From positions 11,536 through 75,535 of IMG/VR virus record IMGVR_UViG_3300025168_000063: a stretch of DNA of 64,000 nt, one strand, 5' to 3'. How positions within the stretch are numbered: position 1 is the first letter of the stretch; every line of letters begins with the position of its first letter. A program made the position numbers and the translations under genes. Source of the DNA: a virus. Below are positions 48,201 through 54,218 of this stretch, one piece after another. Under the pieces are notes generated by a model. That model was given only the letters and a program-made list of their open reading frames with translations, did not search any database and was not told the DNA's origin.

Positions 48201-50803
48201 TAACAGATGATTTCTCCGTGGGCTCGTATAACTACCAAAGAATATTCAGAGGAGGTAGTAGTAATAATTTCATTGACCTCGGTATAGCATCTGGTAAGTT
48301 TAGATGGAATCACGAAGGAACAGATAATACTGGAGGTAATCATTCTGTCTTTAATTCAAGTGTAACAGCTGACACAGAATGGCACCACTATGTACTAGTA
48401 TCCAAATATGAACTGAACGAATTATATATTGATGGAGAACTGGAAGGTACGGATGCATGGTCAGCAACTGGAAATTCAGCTCAAAACTATGGAGCAGGTT
48501 TTAGTTTCACAGGAATTGGACAAGGTGGTGATTTTGCTTCCAGTCAATATTCTCCAAATTATGGAGATGGTTGGAATGGAGCATTAGATGAAGTAAGAAT
48601 TTACACTGGAAGTTTATCGCCCAACGAAATAAAAGGATTGTATCTCAACCCTGCAGGAGATAAAGGTACTAAAATTACTGGTGATCAAATAACCACTGGA
48701 AAGATAAAATCGAATAATTGGAACGATAGCAACGCAGGTTCACTGATTGATTTAGATGAAGGAACTGTACATCTAGGAGGTTCTGGATCTAATGCAAATT
48801 TCTATTTCAATGAAGCAGGCGATCTTTCAATAACTGGATCTATCACAGCTGAATCCTCAACTATTACTGGAAACATTTATGCAGATAATATAGTTACCAA
48901 TAGTGGATCAATTGGTGGATGGACAATTTCAGCAGATAGTATTGAATCGGGAAGTTCTAATACTGCGGGTGGTGATAGTATTAGGTTATGGGGATCTCCA
49001 ACTGTAGTTGGTACCAACGCATATCAATCAACTCAGACAAAACTACAAGGATTATCAATACAATGGCATGAATCTAATAATGCAGGACATATTGTATTTG
49101 GTGATGTACTGACAGATGCAAATGGAGCTCCAGAAGATCCTAACGGTACTCCAGCTTATAATGGTTGGAAAGGAATTCAAGCGCAGAAATATAACGAGGA
49201 TAATCCATACTTCCAATTAGCCTTTAACACGGATGGTGCTTTTGCAACTAAAAATATAATTGCAGGGTGGGAATTCACTGAGCAAAAAATAATAAATTAC
49301 AATGGTACTGAACCATTGTTAGAATTAAAAAATACAACAACAGCAGGCGACTTTATAATCTCAGCATCCAACTTCCAAGTAGACACAGCAGGAGCATTCA
49401 CAGCATCAGCTGGTCTCATTGAAGGTGATGTAAGAATGCGTGGTAAGTTAGAAGTATTAGATCCAACTGGAGTACAAACACATACATTATATGCAAGAGG
49501 TACTGATTTTTCTAACATAAGTACTCATCCAGCTAGAGTACAAGGTGGAAACAACATCAGTGAAACTTCATTCACGATAGGACAGAATTTGGTAATTCTG
49601 TCTGAAAGTGTTGCGGGTGTTCTAGAGAAAAGACATAAGTCAGCATATGACACCCATAACTCAATTGCTAACGGTAATACACTGGCAGGAATCTTGATGG
49701 GTACTTCAACTTATTCTGATGTGAATGGAAATGCAACAACATTAGAAGGTACTGACGTGGTATTGATTGTTTCTCACGATGCATCAAAGATATCAACAAA
49801 TCTACATGCTGCATTAAAATCTGTAGGAGGTACAAATCCACATGCAAGAGATTCAAGCCAAAACGTTCAAGCAATACCAACTACTGCTACAAGCAGAACG
49901 CCCTACGCACTTATTGGACAACAAGGTTTAGGACATGGAAATGGTTTTGAAAAAGTTGGTAGATATGATGAAGCAGACCATCCAAGCGGTTCAGCCGAAA
50001 TAACTGCATTTTTCAAAAATGGACAAATTAGTGCAAACACTTCTACTGGAACTGAAATTGCAGGTAGTAAAATAAAGACTGGTGAAATCCAATCCAACAA
50101 TTGGACTGGATTAGCAGGTGCAAAAGGAACTTTACTTGATTTGGATAATGGTAAGTTAATCATGCGAACTAATACTGAAGATTATCTAAACTTTAATGCA
50201 GCAGCAGGTACAGCCAATATTGCAGGTTGGACTTTCAACCAACAGAAATTTTATTCAAATTCATCAAATGAAGTTCGTGGAATTAATATCAATAAAAATG
50301 AGGGTATTAGAGGAAGAGCAGCAAATGAAGCATATGCAATCTCTGGATCAAATACATTTACTAATCTAAGCTTCGGAATCCAATTGTTTGAAAATCCAGC
50401 AGAAACAGTAGCACAAGCTAAATCAGGTTGTTTCCCAATCGGAACAAGAATATTATTATCAAATGGTACTTGGAAAGCTATACAAAATATTGAAATTGGC
50501 GACCTTGTAAGAACAAAAGAAGGAACCAATGTACCAGTATTAGATTCATTTATTTGGAATGTAAATAAAGAAATGACTATGTATACAAATAAAGAATTAA
50601 CAGTAACGGATACTCACCCATTATGGATTAATGGTAAATGGCAAACTGCAGATAAATTAGGATGGGATAACGAATTGACGTATGTTGATAATTTATATTA
50701 TCTACAAACAGAAAACAATTATATAGTAGAAGGAACCCCTGCTACGGGTATTGTATTACCAACAGCACTGGGTGTAAGTATAAAAAATAAAGGAGAAGTG
50801 TAA
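41165..50803 (+). CDS. Giant modular tail fibre/adhesin (3212 aa): GNVGIG repeats, two LamG domains, CBM-like modules, ILEI-like lectin, C-terminal Hint domain
   Basis: LVGYWNFD...IDEIRIYN; VRHYAFD...LDEVRIY; RTPYALIG; GCFPIGTRI...IEIGDLV...TDTHP. Confidence 0.8.
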   Translation: MADIFIYDGHISSSDGIKLQVSESNALFISHSEGLGFDLGGYGPKVGIGTITPSVPLDVEGGILGAHIARFTRVQGLGGTNAQVAINANSSDPQIQFARGTGAYAIGLNDGDNSFQIIDGTTISGGTARFTINSSGNVGIGTTNPQSLLTVSGSDGGNFTTFLRFGKDNYTAGSGPAMFFKTSPNTTLDRYGVKLGAIRKGSGTAEFVIEQELDNGSGGAGGLSETLRITSFGNVGIGTSTATAKLEVIGDISGSGAASFETNLKVDGKVAIAAPNNTSTADLIIGDGTTNVNVTLFGNEDSATQASLWFGDVASAASPHYGGSGFVYDGNDNHLTIRKGGSTNNLFTIDADNGNVGIGKVSGDPTAKLEVVGDMIVGGIETGNIISSPQYFSGFAGSGFRIQSGSTGVKAEFDNLSVRGSFQVYELVANQVRATNGSLWISNAGKIISSSQLDGFGGASWPVSFSMFFETGSDTLDHGFVRGDVIRSQKFDGSNVFQSNMIVCSRSDSGSIIAALEDQSTPPSASMDFVRIGHTFDEDRDAAIYLTAEDTNAPYIDVIDGVDSHTAFAQSDKIKVRLGNLAGITDVNVGGALSGYGLYSENVYLTGTIKAVAGEIGGFGLNATSISSSNDNLILRSTGQITASDFLFDGSGTIDGDVTIGSNVTIAGQLSVGALPNLPSDESLVGYWNFDQGTGSLIRDQVGSLDSNGNRYDIPTVDPDGTPDSLGAFTSESISGIAWKRDSAGSAQYAINVTSSFSSSFGNACSGSISFWLNTDLSTNGDDQSKIFGENGENAGFNKEDFFFIDQQPGGQIRMLAYSGSGGTGGFGTGNEYVSAQGAGTSLTILQDLGTNAGSGGGRGISSSLAAANSGSKGWAHWVINWGSGSNFVGNSDHAFRIYINGEKVSHRIMTGSDARINFRPYNQRLAWIGQKNDDATIDEIRIYNSVLTPNEVRALYLSPAGMNTGTTVTGDQIQTGQIRSNNWNNDTDGSMIDLTNGRMHLGGLEANAKLHFDGTNLSVAGTVSASAGNIGGWKIESDKFVDGSDTIRLEPNGTYVISSSEFQVDQAGSITASSANFSGNVTSSQALIGGWTVDSGSISSNNAKLDAAGKLSLSSSKFTGTGIQLENNSGAPRAYIGDGNLTGSFIQYDETNGVRLGPAVTLAFGSTMLPGENILNDFSNLSITDPWVASATPNYYPIGEATDNEVSTSVGPHGLNEKVWVASPDSDTDGGGWMSDWFEVDHSQTYQFSVYVKFPAESRMTGSWYMGARSGDENIFIGASGSQNPATNPGQNSAYHWPKYYSVPTFGPHGHHYDHAHYTSTGQALAAGAALGAMQDYQADNSGITNWNPYFMHLTGDGTNSKGHFTQSIAEGGLGGQQDRWYLCVGYIHGSSSLYNNSVGDIGGMYDTVTGRKVRDGNDFIWGSGSQWLSVRSFHNHDAYGADDDTPYTLWAKPAVKKVTQATTDISSFIDIGSAIATGQYSGSSTFITSTSIFSPNIAGTDGYISNKLTVGTAGSGVTLDGTNKKLFLGTGDWKGSNTPFIARDSGSDFLTNGSLTNGTTGWTIGGSHLTTTNAPEVTNLITNGYGYQAITNLVVGLRYDLNWIIPSSTGTWSFYVSDDTTYNTGVNGVTTADTSNTGFNAGQKSFTAHQTTAYIFAFNIGGAGTVGTWPQLSVTQEGVFSLGDKFAWDGSTLQITGSLSLTAGDASASISQLNVDSASFSTLIADHSSSAASSITQNADSITAAVSVNDGQASSISQLQISTGAIELEVNSLNEASGALSGSVVELNLTTASINLSVASIQGQVTQSQFNNLDWSQGYSGWNWHGSTGNYQGLNSVGENLDGWTTGSMSHLNGIAYTSGSLAGAKMFEVVSGSNLSGSRFGRALEARSSENGNQTWVYGSEAVPIDTDRVYQGRVRVRMAHVGDNGETYSGFYAGFACLDQFGNQISESPGTHRYFTVGGKNILPSDPYTWNEYSGSISRTTTEAGGAGSEDLSLIGDFIGNNGRASGTPTTHNVFKTGTKFVRPMMIFNYSNKDTAMQVDGFTIEDVTPTVQSSASISITDTQVQTNVSNISGNSSTITQNADGITLAAATASDVASLAINPQGVQISGSNLEFSGSSFYFGIGAAQSGSGAFISGSNGNIEISSSNFHIQASGSAIFSGSISASDGDIGGWSLQPGTFSSNNITLDSANEIITLGSGNEITLDGDGSGHVAGGNVAWTSTGDLTITDASIEVNSLPSLPSSDKTVRHYAFDAGHGTTVLDQGGTAQNGTLTVSTGTPNGLPTWISGSGISGSVSGKALSFNAIAVPHSGSGQHIVIPTLAIDSNGAGNAFAISFWARKSSITDDFSVGSYNYQRIFRGGSSNNFIDLGIASGKFRWNHEGTDNTGGNHSVFNSSVTADTEWHHYVLVSKYELNELYIDGELEGTDAWSATGNSAQNYGAGFSFTGIGQGGDFASSQYSPNYGDGWNGALDEVRIYTGSLSPNEIKGLYLNPAGDKGTKITGDQITTGKIKSNNWNDSNAGSLIDLDEGTVHLGGSGSNANFYFNEAGDLSITGSITAESSTITGNIYADNIVTNSGSIGGWTISADSIESGSSNTAGGDSIRLWGSPTVVGTNAYQSTQTKLQGLSIQWHESNNAGHIVFGDVLTDANGAPEDPNGTPAYNGWKGIQAQKYNEDNPYFQLAFNTDGAFATKNIIAGWEFTEQKIINYNGTEPLLELKNTTTAGDFIISASNFQVDTAGAFTASAGLIEGDVRMRGKLEVLDPTGVQTHTLYARGTDFSNISTHPARVQGGNNISETSFTIGQNLVILSESVAGVLEKRHKSAYDTHNSIANGNTLAGILMGTSTYSDVNGNATTLEGTDVVLIVSHDASKISTNLHAALKSVGGTNPHARDSSQNVQAIPTTATSRTPYALIGQQGLGHGNGFEKVGRYDEADHPSGSAEITAFFKNGQISANTSTGTEIAGSKIKTGEIQSNNWTGLAGAKGTLLDLDNGKLIMRTNTEDYLNFNAAAGTANIAGWTFNQQKFYSNSSNEVRGININKNEGIRGRAANEAYAISGSNTFTNLSFGIQLFENPAETVAQAKSGCFPIGTRILLSNGTWKAIQNIEIGDLVRTKEGTNVPVLDSFIWNVNKEMTMYTNKELTVTDTHPLWINGKWQTADKLGWDNELTYVDNLYYLQTENNYIVEGTPATGIVLPTALGVSIKNKGEV

Positions 50804-51852
50804 TGGTATTCATACCAGTAAATCAAAACAAAAAATTTAGAATATTGATACGTTCCACGGAAGGGACTGAAATAAGTTATTACGGAGCTAGAGGAGGTAC
50901 AACAACCACTGCCACTGGAACGTTTGTAAACTCGTCTGATACTTCCGAGAGTCCATCTGATATAGTAGGCTATATAAACCAGATGGTAAAGTGCACTTAT
51001 GTAGATAGTAAAAATGCAAATTATGGATCTGGAACGGGTGAAGTTGATAATGAATATAGTAGCGCTGATGATAAATTTAATGCTGCATCCAACATATGGT
51101 TAGAAGTGGTAGCAGTACCAGAAACTGGAACTGCAAACCGTATTGTGTTTCGACATACAGACACAGCTGACACCGCAGATCCATTTGCAAAAGTCAAATT
51201 CTTCGGATCGGTGGTTTGTAATAAATTGGGACTAGCTGAAGATACTTGGTATCACGGAGCAGGATTCAATCTAAGTGTAAACCCAGAAGTAGAATCATTC
51301 TTCAGAGGAACGGTAGTTGCTGACGCACTTAATGTTCAAGGGACATCGTATTTTGGACCCAATTCCAGATGGAGAGGTGAAATGACGTTCGATGTTTCAG
51401 GTTCGGAATCTCAACGCCAAGGAATGCTAATAGCCACGGGTTCTGGAATTTTTGGAAAGTTCATATACGAACCATTCACATCAGGGTCTGTTTGTGAAGT
51501 TGATGTGGTACGATCGAGAGGTGATGTAATTGCATTATATTCATCCGATGAAAGATTGAAAGATGATATACAATATATCCTAGATCCAGTGGCAAAGGTA
51601 AAGCAATTGAAAGGTGTTACATTCAAGTGGAACGATAAACAAAAATACCGAGATCCAGGAAGTAAAGATGTTGGAATTATAGCTCAGGACTTGCAAAAGG
51701 TATATCCCGAACTAGTTGAAACCGGCTCAAGTGGGTATCTTGGTGTGAAGTATGAGAGACTGTCAGGATTACTTATAGAAGCTGTAAAAGAGCAAGCTAA
51801 CCAAATAGCCGATCTCAAGAGCCGGTTGAATAATTTGGAGAGTAGACAATAA
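50803..51852 (+). CDS. Tail fibre-associated protein with peptidase S74 intramolecular chaperone
   Basis: SSDERLKDDI...LKGVTFKW...VGIIAQD...PELV...YERL...LIEAVKE plus a coiled coil. Confidence 0.88.
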   Translation: MVFIPVNQNKKFRILIRSTEGTEISYYGARGGTTTTATGTFVNSSDTSESPSDIVGYINQMVKCTYVDSKNANYGSGTGEVDNEYSSADDKFNAASNIWLEVVAVPETGTANRIVFRHTDTADTADPFAKVKFFGSVVCNKLGLAEDTWYHGAGFNLSVNPEVESFFRGTVVADALNVQGTSYFGPNSRWRGEMTFDVSGSESQRQGMLIATGSGIFGKFIYEPFTSGSVCEVDVVRSRGDVIALYSSDERLKDDIQYILDPVAKVKQLKGVTFKWNDKQKYRDPGSKDVGIIAQDLQKVYPELVETGSSGYLGVKYERLSGLLIEAVKEQANQIADLKSRLNNLESRQ

Positions 51853-53213
51853 TGGCATTATCATTACTAATCAATAGAACCAATAAGAATTACTCAACTC
51901 CCTATGCATCTGGCTTTGAAATTGATTCATATAATGATGGAACCCATCCTAATGGAACAAATTTTGCATACGGTGGTGATCCTGCTAAACCGTTCGTACA
52001 GTTATCACAAGTTGTACGGCGAAATAAAGGCGAACAACCAGAAGTACCATTCGCTGGATACAACCCTGATAGACTTCATTATGAGATGAAAGGTAATACA
52101 AGTGGAAATGCTCCCGATAATGATTGGTTTAGCTACTGGGGTGTTGATTACTCTCCACCCAATAATAATACCCCAGGTGCTACGGAATGGTATTATTACT
52201 ATGACTTTTACAAACCATATGCAGCTACGAAATGGTCGGGATACAGTAACCCAACAAACCAAGCAGGTGTCAAGTCACGAGTTTTCTTTAACAATGAATC
52301 TTACGTCACATTACCAGGACCAAATGCTTATAAAGCTTACGCAATATCGCTAATAAACCGATTCGATGCTACCGGTCAAGGATATACAGATTGTTATCAC
52401 AATCATGCAGGTCATATGATGGCACACGCTCGAGCGGGAAATCAATACAAGGTATCATTCTATGCAATGTGTGTAACATCAAACACTGGTGGTGGTAGTG
52501 CAAACTCTTATAATAATGGTGGAGGAGGATATCCCAATATTTCAGCAGCTCAACTAAAGTCTCATTTTGATACAGCTCATAATTCTATCGCCGTAAAAGG
52601 TGAAATTGATCTATGGGTATTTGCAGCCACTAGTACATTCAATGCATTCAATACAGGTGCTGGATCAAACGCATATTTAACTTTGTCCCCATCAGATAGC
52701 GCAAATGGAGTGATGAATCAATTGGGTACTCACGAAGGTATAAGAATGACAATTCCAGAAGGTGATTTATCGCATACTGAATGGAAATATTTTGAATATA
52801 TGTTTGAAATAACCCAAGACAATTCAGTTTCAGGTGCAACGAGATATATATCAACTAGACTGGATAACAATACGCCAGGATCCTCAGTAACTACAACAGA
52901 TAAAAATGGAAACAATCCAGTAACTACTAAATATTATCCTTCAGTATCAATTGCAAATTGGTGTGTAGAACCAATGAATGTATCAATGCTAAAACGAATG
53001 GATGGAACTTATGATTCTAATGGAAATTTCAGGCGCTATAATACACCAGGCTTAAACCCAACGGGTCAAGATCATCCGGATATGGTTTTGGAGACTCAGG
53101 GACCAGTAGTATTCGGTACCGGTGTGAATAACAATTTTGATGGGGTCTCATACCCAGGCACAGGAACCATTGCAAATCTACCATTTGACTACAGTGATTA
53201 CGGTAATTACTGA
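51852..53213 (+). CDS. Virion protein with carbohydrate-binding-like domain
   Basis: N/G/Y-rich; GNQYKVSFYA...EWKYFEY is a galactose-binding-like pattern. Confidence 0.5.
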   Translation: MALSLLINRTNKNYSTPYASGFEIDSYNDGTHPNGTNFAYGGDPAKPFVQLSQVVRRNKGEQPEVPFAGYNPDRLHYEMKGNTSGNAPDNDWFSYWGVDYSPPNNNTPGATEWYYYYDFYKPYAATKWSGYSNPTNQAGVKSRVFFNNESYVTLPGPNAYKAYAISLINRFDATGQGYTDCYHNHAGHMMAHARAGNQYKVSFYAMCVTSNTGGGSANSYNNGGGGYPNISAAQLKSHFDTAHNSIAVKGEIDLWVFAATSTFNAFNTGAGSNAYLTLSPSDSANGVMNQLGTHEGIRMTIPEGDLSHTEWKYFEYMFEITQDNSVSGATRYISTRLDNNTPGSSVTTTDKNGNNPVTTKYYPSVSIANWCVEPMNVSMLKRMDGTYDSNGNFRRYNTPGLNPTGQDHPDMVLETQGPVVFGTGVNNNFDGVSYPGTGTIANLPFDYSDYGNY

Positions 53214-53276
53214 TACATCTTGACTAGTCAGTAACTTAAATAGTCTAATTATAAACTCGTTTAACTAGATGTAGAC

Positions 53277-53284
53277 ATATTTAT
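53277..53284 (+). promoter_or_regulatory. Putative late promoter ATATTTAT
   Basis: Intergenic motif copy. Confidence 0.65.
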
Positions 53285-53288
53285 ATAT

Positions 53289-53612
53289 ATGGCAAATAAG
53301 ATAAAGTGGGAAGATGCAGACTTTAAGTGGGAATTAGCACCTACTGATCCAGATGCATCAAGGTATACTTGGGACGAGGTAATACTTATAGAAGAAGTAG
53401 TAGGTGCAGTTGGATTAGGTACTGAAACAGCTCTAGAGGCCTTACCAGACGAGAAGAAGAAAAAGGTTATCAAATTAGTCATGCGTAGAAGAGGAATTAA
53501 AATGTATGATGAAGTCAAAGAAGTAAAAAACATAACTGCTCATGTAGAGTCAGTAGAAATGATTATCAAAGAAGTAAAAGCAACAATGTTAGCGGAGAAT
53601 ATTAATGTATAA
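53289..53612 (+). CDS. Hypothetical late protein
   Basis: ORF downstream of the late motif. Confidence 0.7.
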   Translation: MANKIKWEDADFKWELAPTDPDASRYTWDEVILIEEVVGAVGLGTETALEALPDEKKKKVIKLVMRRRGIKMYDEVKEVKNITAHVESVEMIIKEVKATMLAENINV

Positions 53613-54207
53613 ATTATATACTGATAAAAAAGAAGTATTCGAATGTGATATTTCACTTTCAGGCGCAAGCTTGAAGGATGCAACAGCTCGTCTAGTTGTA
53701 GAGACAGAAAACGTTAGTTTACTATATAAAGGCACTATAGGATCAGAAGGAAATTGTAAAGTACCAGTACACAAACTACGTGGTTTATTGGATGAATCAG
53801 CAAAAGGAAAAATTAAATTAGAAGTAATAGCAGAAGATACTTATTTCATTCCATGGGAATCAGATTTTGCAGTGGAAACGTCAAAATCGGTAACCGTAGA
53901 AATAAAATCACAATCTCCAAAAGTGATAAAAGAATCTTCAAAGCCAAAAATGGCAGTAACGGTAAAAAAGTCAATAGAAGAAGAAATATTCATAGAAGAT
54001 GATACACCAACCATATCGGAAACAGAACATGCTGTAAATTTATTAAAAATTCTGATTAAGGAAGACATCAATATGAAAAACATATCTGTAAAAAAGAATC
54101 GTTTGAATAATATTGTAGCTACTTATATAAAAGGAAATCCGATTGAAAAATCGAAGCGTGGTAAGATACTGAATAATGTAGTAAAAGTTCTTGCAAAGCG
54201 TAAATAG
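53605..54207 (+). CDS. Hypothetical late protein
   Basis: Overlaps the previous stop; beta-rich N-terminal half. Confidence 0.7.
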   Translation: MYKLYTDKKEVFECDISLSGASLKDATARLVVETENVSLLYKGTIGSEGNCKVPVHKLRGLLDESAKGKIKLEVIAEDTYFIPWESDFAVETSKSVTVEIKSQSPKVIKESSKPKMAVTVKKSIEEEIFIEDDTPTISETEHAVNLLKILIKEDINMKNISVKKNRLNNIVATYIKGNPIEKSKRGKILNNVVKVLAKRK

Positions 54208-54218
54208 AGGTTATTGAT

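Noticed and set aside
50426-50803. Canonical intein
   Set aside because: It lacks the terminal His-Asn plus nucleophile, an endonuclease and a substantial C-extein.
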